Made by a program: the position numbers and the translations under genes. A stretch of DNA of 64,000 nucleotides, taken from NCBI GenBank assembly GCA_019057865.1, contig JAHLWP010000002.1, positions 166,465-230,464 on the forward strand, read 5' to 3'. Below, piece by piece: positions 27,966-38,965 of the stretch (the stretch's first letter is position 1; the number at the start of each line of letters is the position of its first letter). The notes under the pieces are model-generated. The model was not told where the DNA came from. It searched no databases and was given only the letters and a program-made list of their open reading frames with translations. This DNA is from Promethearchaeota archaeon. Lineage in GTDB: Archaea > Asgardarchaeota > Lokiarchaeia > Sigyniarchaeales > SOKP01.

Positions 27966-28634
27966 TTATGTATAATTATTTGGGTTAAATACTCTTGAAA
28001 TGTCTTCCTCGTTAAAATTTCCACTCCATTGCTCTTTTAAAATGACAAATCTTTTTTTATTTGGATTAATAACTGTGTGAAATGTGTTTGTAGGAATTTT
28101 AAATTTAGTACCGCTTTTTACATTATAATAAACCGTATTTCCATTTAGAATAATAGAATTACCATCTAAAATTTCCCATAACTCATTCCTATACTTATGT
28201 ATTTGAATTGAAAGCCCATATTCTGGTCGAATAAAAATTAAATTATGATCTGGATACGTAAATTTAAAACTGTACCACTTAGGAAGTGTGTTAATATATC
28301 CTTTAGGGATTCGATATTTTCTTTTAAAAAATTCAGCTTTAAAATATATTTTTTCTGAATCCTCATACTTATAAGGATCATAAATAACTTGGTGATTAGA
28401 AATATCCCTACTATATGTGATCTCAATAGGATTTTTTTCTTTATTTATGATCATATAGTGATTGTCTGGTTTTATAATTAAAATAGAACTCAAATTATTT
28501 TCCGTAATAAAAGATGAACCATTAATAATGTATACTTTTTTAGTGTTGTTTTTTTTAAACGAGATTCTTAATTCTTGAGAACCATTTTTTCTCAATGATG
28601 TACTTCTTTCCGGGAAAATTATTTTTTGTATCAC
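27966..28634 (-). CDS. Protein with a C-terminal cupin (mannose-6-phosphate isomerase type II-like) domain
   Basis: GLSIQIHKYRNELW...IPTNTFH...EQWSG.F.EEDISR motif. Confidence 0.75.
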   Translation of the reverse strand: MIQKIIFPERSTSLRKNGSQELRISFKKNNTKKVYIINGSSFITENNLSSILIIKPDNHYMIINKEKNPIEITYSRDISNHQVIYDPYKYEDSEKIYFKAEFFKRKYRIPKGYINTLPKWYSFKFTYPDHNLIFIRPEYGLSIQIHKYRNELWEILDGNSIILNGNTVYYNVKSGTKFKIPTNTFHTVINPNKKRFVILKEQWSGNFNEEDISRVFNPNNYT

Positions 28635-28647
28635 ATTAAATCTCTCT

Positions 28648-29616
28648 TTAATAAAGATTAATATTCAAATTTTTTATTTTTTCTTCAATTTCATTTAAAA
28701 AGGGCATTGATTCTTGAGCTCCTTTTCTAGTAACAGCAATAGATGCTGCTACTGTTGCATATTTAACTGCTTTAACAATTGTTTCACCTTTACTCAATTT
28801 ACTTGCTAAAACTCCAATGAAACAATCTCCAGCTCCAACTGTATCTACTGCCTTAACTTTAGGAGCTGAAATGTCAAGAATCTTATCTTTTTCTCCATCA
28901 TAAATAACACAACCTTTATTACCAAGTGTAGTAATGATAATTTTTGGACCTAAATTGTATATATCTTTAGAAGCTTGAAGAATTTTTTGCTTTCCTTCAC
29001 CAGATAGACCTTTTAACTCTAAAAGTGAATATAAACAAAATAATTCTCCTTCATTAGGGATAATTATATCAATGTTCTTTAAAATACTGAGAGGAATGGG
29101 TTTTAATGGGGCAGGATTTAATATTTTTATTACATCACCTTTAGAAGCTATATTAAATATTTCAATGATAGTTTCAATTGGAATCTCCATTTGAACCACT
29201 AACGATTTAGCATTTTTGATTATATTTGCTTTTAATTTGATTTCTTCTGGAGTTAATTTGAAATTTGCTCCTGGAGCTACACTTATCATATTTTCTCCAT
29301 TATCATCAATGATTATGAATGCTACACCGCTATGTTCTTGTGGATCTCTAAAAATATGTTCTGTATTAATACCCTCAGCAGTTAATCGCGATATCATTTG
29401 TTCACCAAAGGGATCAATTCCAATTTTTCCTATGAAAATTGTACTTGCCCCGGATCTAACAGCTGCAACTGACTGATTAGCTCCTTTGCCACCTAAAAAT
29501 TGTTTAAATCTCCCGCCAGTAACAGTTTCACCAGGATTTGGAAATCGCTTAGAATAAATATTTAGATCCATATTGCTCGAGCCAATTATTAGTACATAAC
29601 CATTTTTACTAGACAT
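28648..29616 (-). CDS. rbsK: Ribokinase
   Basis: GGKGANQ, LNPAP, PNEGE and DTVGAGD motifs. Confidence 0.93.
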   Translation of the reverse strand: MSSKNGYVLIIGSSNMDLNIYSKRFPNPGETVTGGRFKQFLGGKGANQSVAAVRSGASTIFIGKIGIDPFGEQMISRLTAEGINTEHIFRDPQEHSGVAFIIIDDNGENMISVAPGANFKLTPEEIKLKANIIKNAKSLVVQMEIPIETIIEIFNIASKGDVIKILNPAPLKPIPLSILKNIDIIIPNEGELFCLYSLLELKGLSGEGKQKILQASKDIYNLGPKIIITTLGNKGCVIYDGEKDKILDISAPKVKAVDTVGAGDCFIGVLASKLSKGETIVKAVKYATVAASIAVTRKGAQESMPFLNEIEEKIKNLNINLY

Positions 29617-29839
29617 TCTATTAATACAATATTCAGATTCTGTTAAGATTTTTATTATTTCTATATAGTCTAATTATGGATCATCATAATATTTTATTTA
29701 TAATTATATAGTTTTGATCGAATGGTTTTAATTAAATAAATTTTTAAAATATAATATAAAGCAAATTAATCTGCTTAAAATAATAAAGTGTAAAGCAATT
29801 AAATAAAAAATACAAAAACATTTCCTAAAGGTTATTAAT

Positions 29840-30163
29840 ATGGCTAAAGATAAAGTGATTGGAGCTATTGTGATGATTATCGGGATTCTAATCGCTATCG
29901 TCTATACAATGGGTTCTATCTTAGATCTCTTATTTACAACAATTTGGGCTCCTTCCAGTGGTGAGTGGGATGAATGGACACGGATATTTGATATAGATTG
30001 GTTAGATTGGAGACTATTCGTTGTCGCTCCCATGTGGCTCCTGGTTATGCTAATCGCGATTATCGCAATCTGGATTGGATATTCAATGCTTACAACCCCA
30101 GCGCCTGTTCCATTAGAGGAGTTGGAAGAGGAATTGGCAGCAGAAGAAGAGCGCGAAGAATAA
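29840..30163 (+). CDS. Two-TM small membrane protein, DPM2-like
   Basis: DKVIG...YT TM1; AP...WIGYSMLTTP TM2; acidic tail. The resemblance to DPM2 is by eye. Confidence 0.6.
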   Translation: MAKDKVIGAIVMIIGILIAIVYTMGSILDLLFTTIWAPSSGEWDEWTRIFDIDWLDWRLFVVAPMWLLVMLIAIIAIWIGYSMLTTPAPVPLEELEEELAAEEEREE

Positions 30164-30377
30164 AATATAACAAAATTATATTTTTTTTATTTTTCAAATT
30201 TAAATCTTTAAGATTTAATATTGTCTATTATTCATTTGAGAACAACCAATCTAAAAATTGAGTAATCATCTTTTTCTTCAGTATTTTAATACTAATTAAA
30301 GAACTTAATTACAAGATTAGTTCATTTTCTTATCAAATAAAATTTTTTTCCAGAATTTTAGCTGAGTATTAAAAATA

Positions 30378-31495
30378 TTAAGATTCTTCTAAAAAATAGG
30401 CAAATATTGTTCCATTATCATGGCAAGCGATTATAATGTTAAGATTTAAACAATATTTAATAGCATTCAAGCACGATTTATATTTAATATTGAGTAAGAT
30501 TTTACCAGTAATTTCATCCATAATAATCAATTCACCCAGGTAGTTCCTAAGAATATTAAATTTCTTTTATTTTTTTTAACTATATGTATGGCCTCGATAT
30601 TCTTATTTTTTAATTCCCATTTTTGCACTAAATATTCATCTAAATAGACTAATTTTGAAGTGAAAGAAATTTTTTCATTTGGAATTGAGTCATTGAAATA
30701 CGCGAATGAATAAGTACTAACTATTAATTTATTGTAAACACTAGAAGGGAAAGATTTACAATTCCATACGTAGTCATTAAATTTCATAGACTTAATTTCT
30801 TCATGTGAGCTTTTATCTATGAAATGCAGAAGCTTATCGTCTCCACCACATATCACTAAATTCCCTAAATTTGATTTTAAAGTAGTAATACAACGTACTT
30901 TATTTGAGAACTGTTTAAACCAGCTTAATTCTCCACTTTTACCATTAAATACTCTAATAGTGCCATCATTTCCACATGCTATTAATTCTTTATTTCTAAA
31001 TCCATTAATTTCAGACCAAATGATTGCATCTTCAATACCATCTTTAAAAATTTGTCCCCAAACTAAACTACCCTCTAATGGATTTAACACTCTAATAGTT
31101 TTATCTAGTGAGAATGCAATTATATTGTCTAATCCATCATTATTTATATCATCGATAAGTACTCCACTTATCGAAGCCCCAAATTGGTGTGACCAGAGGA
31201 GATTTAAATTATAAGTTAAATCACAGCTAAAACTTCTTAATACACCATCTATTCCAACCAAGATAATTTCTTTTTTTCCATCATTATCGATATCATAGAT
31301 ATATGTTTGCCAAATTGAACTATTTTCTGAAATTTGCTCTTCACGTAATATTTTTCCTTCTAAAGAAATAATTAAAATTTTGCCAGTTTTAGAATAAGCA
31401 ATAATTTTTTTTTGACCATTATTATTAATATCACCGAGCTCAATTCCTAGAATTGAGTCATTGTACTTAACTCTCCAGAGTTCTTTTACTTTCAA
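30378..31495 (-). CDS. Beta-propeller (FG-GAP/WD40-like) protein with a 1-nt deletion frameshift near 30537
   Basis: DINNNG, DIDNDG and DINNDG repeats; ACGNDGTIRVF. After LGTT the last blade (GELIIMD...ACHDNGTIFAYFLEES) continues in another frame to TAA at 30378. Confidence 0.75.
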
Positions 31496-31654
31496 GATTG
31501 ATTTCCATTTAAATATTAAATTTTTTGAAAAAAAATACCTGATTGATAATTCTAAATAAAAACGAAATTTAAATTTTTTATATTATTTTCAAATATAGAA
31601 TTATTTTAAAAAAAGTAGAAAACAAAAAATCACAAAAAAAAGTGTTATTAAGTC

Positions 31655-31852
31655 ATGAGTTTCGATATAAAGCTTGATTTAGATGCCTGTACCGGCTGTG
31701 GAACATGTTATGAAGTCTGCCCTTCAGAATGTTTTGGCGAACCAGAGGGCGGTAAAGTAAATGTTCTCGAGGAGAATCGTGAAGATTGCGTAGGTTGTAT
31801 GGCATGCGAAACCCAGTGCCCTGAAGAAGCAATAGAAATAATCGAAAACTAA
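31655..31852 (+). CDS. 2[4Fe-4S] ferredoxin
   Basis: CTGCGTCYEVCP and CVGCMACETQCP motifs. Confidence 0.95.
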   Translation: MSFDIKLDLDACTGCGTCYEVCPSECFGEPEGGKVNVLEENREDCVGCMACETQCPEEAIEIIEN

Positions 31853-31913
31853 TTTCAAATTAAGTATTTTTCTCTTTTTTTTCTTTAATTATTGTAAATA
31901 AGATGGAGTTCAC

Positions 31914-33032
31914 TTACCATAATAATATTCTACCACAATTCTTACATGTTCCTTCATTTATTTGTGTATTTATGCAGTTTTCATGATAAGGGACTCTACA
32001 TGCTTGGCAAAAATAAATTTTGCCTGAATATTCTATAAAATCATATCCACAATATACACATTTAGATGTAAAAGAAAAGCTTTTACTATTAACATCTGCT
32101 TCTATAATTTGAGAAGTTTCTGTTAATCCTCCTCCAATAGGATTAGGCGTTATATAATTTTCTTGTTGGGGGACCGAAACCCATTGATCTTCTAAAGGTT
32201 GTTGAGGTTGAGATTGCATACTTTCCCAATCAGAAACATATCCAGAAGTAGGTTTCTTTGTTATCCCCATTTTTTTAGATATTTTTTCATCTAAGATATT
32301 TGTTAAAATTAATGCGGAAGCATATTTTCCTTTAGCTCCTCCTTTTTGCAAATGTGTATGGCTAATCATATGAATAATTTTTCCACCTGTTTTACCATAA
32401 TCGAATTCAACTAACACAGGTGCTTCTCCCCATTTATTTTGAATCTCCCATGAGCCAATTAATACCTTAACCGCTTGATGGTTTATAATTTGTATAGGAA
32501 AGGAGCGAGTTTCAAGCCACCATCTAAACTCTTTCTTTTTTGTATTTTTTGATGCTTGTTTCTCCCATTTACTCTGTTGAATTTCATTTATCACTCCTTC
32601 TAGAAAAGGATGATTTGGTTCAAGAATTTGACAAGCCACAACAGCATCAGCAGTTTTAGCGCCATTCCATCTGATATAACCTGGAAAAATATTTTCAATA
32701 ATACTTCGAATGGCCCAATCAGTAGTAATTAACCATCCACCATTTACAACAAAATTTTTAACTTTGGGATGAGCAGAATAAGGAATATCACTTCCTGGAC
32801 ATCCTATAAGTAATACATCATATTGAGATAAATCGACTTTCATAATTTCTTTTTCTTTTATTACTTCCTTTTGAGAGGCATACATGTATTCAATCACTTT
32901 TTTAGGTTTCTCATATTTTCCACTTACAGCTAGAATTTTTCCATGTTTTTCCACCGCTTCTACTACTTCTTTTTTATTCAATGCCTCTATTTTTCGTTTT
33001 TTTACTTCTGAATATAAATCTTTCCAGCTCAT
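31914..33032 (-). CDS. Class I glutamine amidotransferase-like fold protein with a C-terminal C4HC3 RING/PHD finger
   Basis: DLSQYDVLLIGC..FVVNGG.LITTDW; P/Q-rich linker; CVYC..CQAC...HENC..CKNC. Confidence 0.7.
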   Translation of the reverse strand: MSWKDLYSEVKKRKIEALNKKEVVEAVEKHGKILAVSGKYEKPKKVIEYMYASQKEVIKEKEIMKVDLSQYDVLLIGCPGSDIPYSAHPKVKNFVVNGGWLITTDWAIRSIIENIFPGYIRWNGAKTADAVVACQILEPNHPFLEGVINEIQQSKWEKQASKNTKKKEFRWWLETRSFPIQIINHQAVKVLIGSWEIQNKWGEAPVLVEFDYGKTGGKIIHMISHTHLQKGGAKGKYASALILTNILDEKISKKMGITKKPTSGYVSDWESMQSQPQQPLEDQWVSVPQQENYITPNPIGGGLTETSQIIEADVNSKSFSFTSKCVYCGYDFIEYSGKIYFCQACRVPYHENCINTQINEGTCKNCGRILLW

Positions 33033-33119
33033 TTTACTTGCCTTTAAATAAAGTTAAAAGGAATCTAGTGTTATTTTATAATTAATATAAATAAGTTAAT
33101 ATATATTTTTGTATAGGAA

Positions 33120-34625
33120 GTGAAGAAATTGTCAATATTAAAAGAGTTAGGTCCACCATATGAATTTTGGGATTATTTTGAAGAAATTTCTAAAATTCCT
33201 CGTTGTTCGGGTAATGAAGATGAAGTAAGAGACTATATTAAAAATCAAGCAGAGAAATTAGGTTTCAATACAAAGGTTGATAAAGCAGGAAATCTAGTAG
33301 TTAGAATTTCATCAATATCTCATGAAAAACAACGAATTATTTTGCAGTGTCATATGGATATGGTTTGTGAAAAAAATGAAGCCATTTCCCATGATTTTAC
33401 AAAAGATCCATTAAAGTTAAAAACAATAAACATTGATGATGAAATATGGGTTACAGCTGAAGGAACCACTTTAGGTGCCGACAATGGTGTTGGAATTTCT
33501 TATTTATTAACTCTAATGAAAAAGATTTACAAGAAAGAATTAGAGTTTGATTCATTAAGTTTTGAATTATTATTTACTGTTGATGAAGAAGTAGGTCTAA
33601 AGGGTGTTTTCGAGATAGAAACAGATTTAATAAAAGGAGATTATCTAGTAAATATCGATTCAGAAGAAGATAATGCTTTTACAGTCGGATGTGCAGGAGG
33701 TATAGTTACTATCTTTGATATTAAGAAAGAGATATCTAATATAAATCAGAGTGAAGATCGACTAATACCTATAAAAATTTTTATAACTGGCTTATTAGGA
33801 GGACATTCAGGGGCTGATATTCATTTAGGGCGAGCTAATGCTCTAAAAATAATGAGTCAACTTCTCTGGAAGTTAAATGATAAATTTTTAATTCATATCA
33901 ATTCGATAGATGGAGGAAATAGGAATAATGCTATACCTAGAGAAGCTAATGTTATTTTATTAATAAAGAGGGAGAAGTTTTCAGAAATAACCACTTTTAT
34001 TGAGGATCTTATTAAAGATATAAAAATTGCTTTTAATGGTATTGAGCCAAAGATGGAAGTTATTATAAAAAAAATAGAACACGTTGCTGACAACAAGGTT
34101 TTATCAAATAATTTCCAGGAAAAACTCTTGAATATCTTATATTTACTCCCTAGCGGTCCTCATTTGATGCATCCAAAAATTAAAGACTTAATATTTACTT
34201 CAACAAATTTCGCAATAATAAATACTAAAAATAATCATATTGAAATCGTATTTCATCAAAGAAGTATGAGTGAATACTTCAAATACGTAATTTGGGAAAG
34301 ATTAAAGACTTTATTCAAATTATCTGATTTAGAAACTAAAATTATAATAGACAGTGATTATCCGGGGTGGACACCTGATTTTGATTCCAAGCTATTGGCA
34401 TTATCCAAGGATGCTTATAAACAAATATTTAAAAAAGATGTTCACATTAAAGCAATTCATGCTGGTTTAGAATGTGGTATTCTAAAGAAACATTTTCCTA
34501 AAATGGAAATGATTTCATTAGGACCTAACAATGAAGGAGCTCATTCTCCCAATGAGCGATTACAAGTAAAATCTGTTGAAAGGATCTGGAATTTTCTAGT
34601 TAATTTATTCGAGAAATTAGATTAA
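33120..34625 (+). CDS. pepD: Aminoacyl-histidine dipeptidase (M20C)
   Basis: QCHMDMV, TTLGADNG, TVDEE, GGHSG and IHAGLECG motifs. Confidence 0.95.
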   Translation: MKKLSILKELGPPYEFWDYFEEISKIPRCSGNEDEVRDYIKNQAEKLGFNTKVDKAGNLVVRISSISHEKQRIILQCHMDMVCEKNEAISHDFTKDPLKLKTINIDDEIWVTAEGTTLGADNGVGISYLLTLMKKIYKKELEFDSLSFELLFTVDEEVGLKGVFEIETDLIKGDYLVNIDSEEDNAFTVGCAGGIVTIFDIKKEISNINQSEDRLIPIKIFITGLLGGHSGADIHLGRANALKIMSQLLWKLNDKFLIHINSIDGGNRNNAIPREANVILLIKREKFSEITTFIEDLIKDIKIAFNGIEPKMEVIIKKIEHVADNKVLSNNFQEKLLNILYLLPSGPHLMHPKIKDLIFTSTNFAIINTKNNHIEIVFHQRSMSEYFKYVIWERLKTLFKLSDLETKIIIDSDYPGWTPDFDSKLLALSKDAYKQIFKKDVHIKAIHAGLECGILKKHFPKMEMISLGPNNEGAHSPNERLQVKSVERIWNFLVNLFEKLD

Positions 34626-34697
34626 GATATTAAGACTTTTTTTATATCATTTGAAAAAATTAATAAATTTAAATAAATAATCTATCCATAGTTCATT

Positions 34698-35225
34698 ATG
34701 CAAAAGCAATCAGGTTCAAAAAAAAAAATTAAAAAAGAAGAAGTCATAGGCTCCGAAACAATATTAGAAAGAATAAGAAGTAAAACTCCTTGGATTCCAG
34801 GAAAATTATTGAGAAAACCTAAAATCAATTTTCCTAAATTTAGAACTCCTAGAGTTTCTTTACCTATGCCATCAAAATATTTGAGTATTGTGTTAGTATA
34901 CATAATACTATTTATTCTTCAGACAGGAGTAATTTATTTAATGATCAGAAACCCCCCAGCATTAGGATCTGATCCAAATAGCGGTAATCCGATTTTTCTT
35001 TATCCAGATCTTTATGAAAGTTTTATAATAGAGGGTATAGTAGCTTCTATGTTGATGTTTTTTTGCTCAATAGGATTTATCTTTTTATATCAAGCGTCTA
35101 AACACGTCTATAATAAAAGTTTAGCTATACGAATTCTGGCAATTGGTATAGTAATGGTAATTATTACATTTATCATACTCCAATACATGATTGGGGTGAA
35201 AATGGGCACGCTGGATGAACCATAA
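34698..35225 (+). CDS. Oligosaccharyltransferase OST3/OST6-family subunit, OSTC/DC2-like
   Basis: PMPS...GVIYLMIRNPPALGS...FIIEGIVAS...GFIFL; 3 TM helices; no thioredoxin domain. Confidence 0.75.
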   Translation: MQKQSGSKKKIKKEEVIGSETILERIRSKTPWIPGKLLRKPKINFPKFRTPRVSLPMPSKYLSIVLVYIILFILQTGVIYLMIRNPPALGSDPNSGNPIFLYPDLYESFIIEGIVASMLMFFCSIGFIFLYQASKHVYNKSLAIRILAIGIVMVIITFIILQYMIGVKMGTLDEP

Positions 35226-35359
35226 ACAAATTATTAAATTAGATATTAAATTTATTTAAATTAAAAAGATATAGGCTGATACTTTTTTAATTCTAATAAA
35301 GGAGTATGATAAATTGCTTAGTTTTCATTAAAGGGATTAGATTTCAATTTGAATTTATA

Positions 35360-36505
35360 TTATTCCACTTTACAGATTTTTATCTCGTCATAATCTACAA
35401 ATGCTTTATATAATCCTTTCATTTCTTCATCTAATTCAGAATCGCGCGTATCTAATCTTAATATTTGATTAGGAATGGTTTGAAGTTTATATTTCGCACA
35501 TAAAATAATTATATTTTTAGAGCTTATTTTACGTAAGATTCTTGGCGAAATTTGTAAATTACCACGTCCAAAGAGAAATCCTTGCCTTCCAATAGGTGAA
35601 ACAATGATCTTAACTTTTTTATCCTCAATATATTCGAGAATTTGTTGTTCATTTAAATCCATTGCAATAATTTTACCATTTCTAAGCAAATCCACACCTA
35701 AAATTGATTTTTTTTCGTTTAATCTGTCTGTTATTGCCTTAGTTGTGGATCCAGGTCCAATTAAGTAATATATATCTTTTTCTAAGTTTTCCACAACTCT
35801 TTTAGCAATTCTTTCTTGATGAATTAAATCCGAATCAATAGAACCCATCTTAGATAATTGAGAAAAATCTGGATTAAAAGGTGTTAGTAAGTAACCATAT
35901 AATCTTGAGATTAATTTACCTTCTCTATATTCAGTCTCATCAATATCTAAAACCTCTGATTCCTTTAATGGTAATTCATCCCATAGAAATTGTATTATTA
36001 AATAGCTTGCAATTCTTGGATTTAAAGAAAAAACACTTGAATAAATTTTTACACCTGCAGGAATCCCAAGGCATGGGATATTTGTATTAACAACACTAAA
36101 GATGTCACGTGCTGTTCCATCACCTCCAACAAATAATAACAATTTTAGATCTTCAATATTTTTCATCATCTTCGCTGCGATTTTCGTGTGGTCAGCATTA
36201 GTATCTAAAATTCCCTCAATTTTATTAAAAATCGAGTGATCAATAAGTTCATAATCAAAATTCAGATCTTTCAAAATATTTTGACCCATAATTCCCGGAC
36301 AAGTAATGAATTTTAGTTTAGCTTTAATTGATTCTAATTCTATTAAAAGTTCTTTTGTTCTATTTATAGCATTAGGTTTAGCACCTAATCTAATTGCCTT
36401 TTTTAATATTTCCTTACCGTCTGTACCTTTTAATCCTACAGAACCACCCATTCCTGAGATGGGATTTATGATTAAACCTAATTTGAATTTAGTAAGATTT
36501 TTCAT
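35360..36505 (-). CDS. ATP-NAD/AcoX kinase family protein
   Basis: NPISGMGG.VGLKGTDG, GGDGTARD and GIPAGVK motifs. Confidence 0.88.
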   Translation of the reverse strand: MKNLTKFKLGLIINPISGMGGSVGLKGTDGKEILKKAIRLGAKPNAINRTKELLIELESIKAKLKFITCPGIMGQNILKDLNFDYELIDHSIFNKIEGILDTNADHTKIAAKMMKNIEDLKLLLFVGGDGTARDIFSVVNTNIPCLGIPAGVKIYSSVFSLNPRIASYLIIQFLWDELPLKESEVLDIDETEYREGKLISRLYGYLLTPFNPDFSQLSKMGSIDSDLIHQERIAKRVVENLEKDIYYLIGPGSTTKAITDRLNEKKSILGVDLLRNGKIIAMDLNEQQILEYIEDKKVKIIVSPIGRQGFLFGRGNLQISPRILRKISSKNIIILCAKYKLQTIPNQILRLDTRDSELDEEMKGLYKAFVDYDEIKICKVE

Positions 36506-36570
36506 TTATCATCAATATAATTAAAAAAAGAAAAAATTTTTGAAGTTACGTAAAAAAAATCAAAGATGTA

Positions 36571-36984
36571 TTATTCTGCTGTAAATGATTGATAATCTGC
36601 TGCCGAAAGTAAGTTACCTTTTTCTCCGTCCCAATTTGATGGTTCAATTTCATACAACCAGCCTGCTCCATAAGGATCTTCATTCATTTTTTCAGGTTCA
36701 TCCATTAAGTCGTTATTGATATTAGTAACTTTTCCACTAACAGGAGAATATATATCACCTACTGCTTTAGAGCTTTCAACTGTAGCATCAATAGGATCTG
36801 AGGTTGGTTCATCCCCTGACATTTCCACTTGAGTCAATTCTGCTCCCTCAAGACCCTCAACATCTACAAAACTAATTTCTCCAAGTTGTTCAGCAGCGTA
36901 GGCGGTAAGACCTACTTTTTTAGATCCAGGATCGAACCATTGATGAGTTTTAGTGTAAAAAAATCCCTCTTTAACATCAGCCAT
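36571..36984 (-). CDS. gcvH: Glycine cleavage system H protein
   Basis: VESSKAV lipoyl-lysine motif, SPVSG and NEDPYGAGW. Confidence 0.93.
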   Translation of the reverse strand: MADVKEGFFYTKTHQWFDPGSKKVGLTAYAAEQLGEISFVDVEGLEGAELTQVEMSGDEPTSDPIDATVESSKAVGDIYSPVSGKVTNINNDLMDEPEKMNEDPYGAGWLYEIEPSNWDGEKGNLLSAADYQSFTAE

Positions 36985-37119
36985 TTTTTAAATCACAATT
37001 TTTTTATTTTTAATTTATAAATAAAAATTATTAAAAGATATTGAATTTAATGATATTTTAAATTAATTATAGTAAAGATTTAAAATTTTTTTATTTATTA
37101 ATATTAGAAAAAAAGAACA

Positions 37120-37947
37120 GTGACTCTTAAAGAACAAATTGATTTTTATAGAGAATTTAAAGATTGGTACTTTAAAATTATAGAGGATTTTAAGTTTAAT
37201 CATAAAAAAGATTACAAAGCACGTAATTATTTATCTCAAATTTTAGAAAAAAAAGGAAAGAATTGGGATCTGGAATTAAATTTAGTTACTTTTAAAAATC
37301 TTCTTAAAACTAAAAATATCATTTTAATCTATGGGTGCGGACCATCACTAGAAGTTACCGTTAAAATTTTATTGAAAGAACTTAGACCAAAATTTTTTGC
37401 TAATTGTATAAATTTAGCTGCTGATGGCGCCTCGATTTTACTAAAAAATAAAGGCTTACATATCAATGGAATCTTTACTGACTTAGATGGAATAACTAAA
37501 GAAGAATTTTTCTATTCAGAGTTTCTATTTATTCATGCTCATGGAGATAATATTGAAAAATTGAAAAGTTTTAAGGATGAAATACTTATTTTTAAAAATG
37601 TAATTGGAACTACTCAAGTAGAACCATCAAAGAACTTAATTAATCCAGGAGGTTTTACAGATGGAGATAGGATTCTTTATTTTTTACGAACACTTTTAGA
37701 ACCTAAACATCAAATATTTTTAATTGGTATGGATTTTCAAAATATTATTGGCAAATATTCTAAATTGAATATAAATGAAAATCAAGAAGGAAATGCAATT
37801 AAAATAAAAAAACTCAAATTTGCTATAGAATTAATAGAATGGATTATGCATTTAATAAAAAACGAGATATATTTTGTAAATTCAAAATTTATCTCAGATA
37901 AATTCAACTACCTTTCAATAGAGGAATTTAAAAAAATAATTTCATAA
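37120..37947 (+). CDS. mptE: 6-hydroxymethyl-7,8-dihydropterin pyrophosphokinase (DUF115)
   Basis: GCGPSL, AADGA, TDLDG, HAHGDN and GGFTDGDR motifs. Confidence 0.9.
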   Translation: MTLKEQIDFYREFKDWYFKIIEDFKFNHKKDYKARNYLSQILEKKGKNWDLELNLVTFKNLLKTKNIILIYGCGPSLEVTVKILLKELRPKFFANCINLAADGASILLKNKGLHINGIFTDLDGITKEEFFYSEFLFIHAHGDNIEKLKSFKDEILIFKNVIGTTQVEPSKNLINPGGFTDGDRILYFLRTLLEPKHQIFLIGMDFQNIIGKYSKLNINENQEGNAIKIKKLKFAIELIEWIMHLIKNEIYFVNSKFISDKFNYLSIEEFKKIIS

Positions 37948-37954
37948 ATAAAAT

Positions 37955-38782
37955 CTATATCTTATAATCTTGGATACCAGCAGAAGTAATTTTATATAAT
38001 AATCTTTTCTCAGGATTTGCGCTTGAATTGACATTATGAATATAATATTTCCCTTCTTCTTTGCGATTTAGATATAAATATTCTGAGAAATAATTATTTA
38101 TGAAATGGTTACCAACAGGTAATACTCGAATAAATGCATTTTCAAATAGGTTCGGAGCAACTTGTGCTGTTGCTATAGTTATTAGATTATATGTTTTGGT
38201 GAGTGAATTTATTTTCTTTATAATTTCTATAAACGTATCTTTTGATTTTTTATATGAAATTCTCTTTTCACCCTGTTCTGATCTAAAATGATTATTTAGA
38301 GTATCAATAATCAATACTCCATAAGGTTTTTTTTCTATTAAGTTTTCTAGATCATTTAAAGTAAGTAAAAAAGCAGAATTACTTAGAATTTTAGTAACTA
38401 GTATACTTTTTAATACTTTTTTATAGTCATATTTAAATTCATTTGCTATATCCCTTATTCTTTCTGGACGAAAGGTATTTTCTGTATCAAAATAATAAAC
38501 AAATCTTACGTTTTTTAATTTTTCATAAATTCTTGAAAAATTTTTGTATGCTTGAACACATATTTGATGACAGATCTGAGTTTTACCTGTTTTATTAGCT
38601 CCAAAAATCAAATATTTTTTACCCGTATAAAGCCCTCCACCAAAAATTTCATCACAATTTTTTGAACCGGAAGATAATACTAATTTTTCACTTCTTTTTT
38701 TACTATAATCATTTAAAGCATAACGTATGTTGATCAATTGATTTTGTTTAATATTTAGGCTGTTGCAGAGATCCATTTTCAT
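37955..38782 (-). CDS. RadA/Rad51 paralog lacking a full N-terminal domain
   Basis: GANKTGKTQICHQ, FDTENTFRPERI and LIIDT motifs. Confidence 0.85.
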   Translation of the reverse strand: MKMDLCNSLNIKQNQLINIRYALNDYSKKRSEKLVLSSGSKNCDEIFGGGLYTGKKYLIFGANKTGKTQICHQICVQAYKNFSRIYEKLKNVRFVYYFDTENTFRPERIRDIANEFKYDYKKVLKSILVTKILSNSAFLLTLNDLENLIEKKPYGVLIIDTLNNHFRSEQGEKRISYKKSKDTFIEIIKKINSLTKTYNLITIATAQVAPNLFENAFIRVLPVGNHFINNYFSEYLYLNRKEEGKYYIHNVNSSANPEKRLLYKITSAGIQDYKI

Positions 38783-38965
38783 TTAATATTTAATTAATTA
38801 ATTAATTAAGGGTTTTAATATAATTTAACGTATTCATCTAAAAAATTTTTATTGTATTCTCCAATATAAAATCGAAAAATTAATTTTTAGGTAATCATAA
38901 ATATGATCTATCCTAAGATTTGTGAATTTTCTTATAAACTACCACTTATTTATATAATTATAAAA

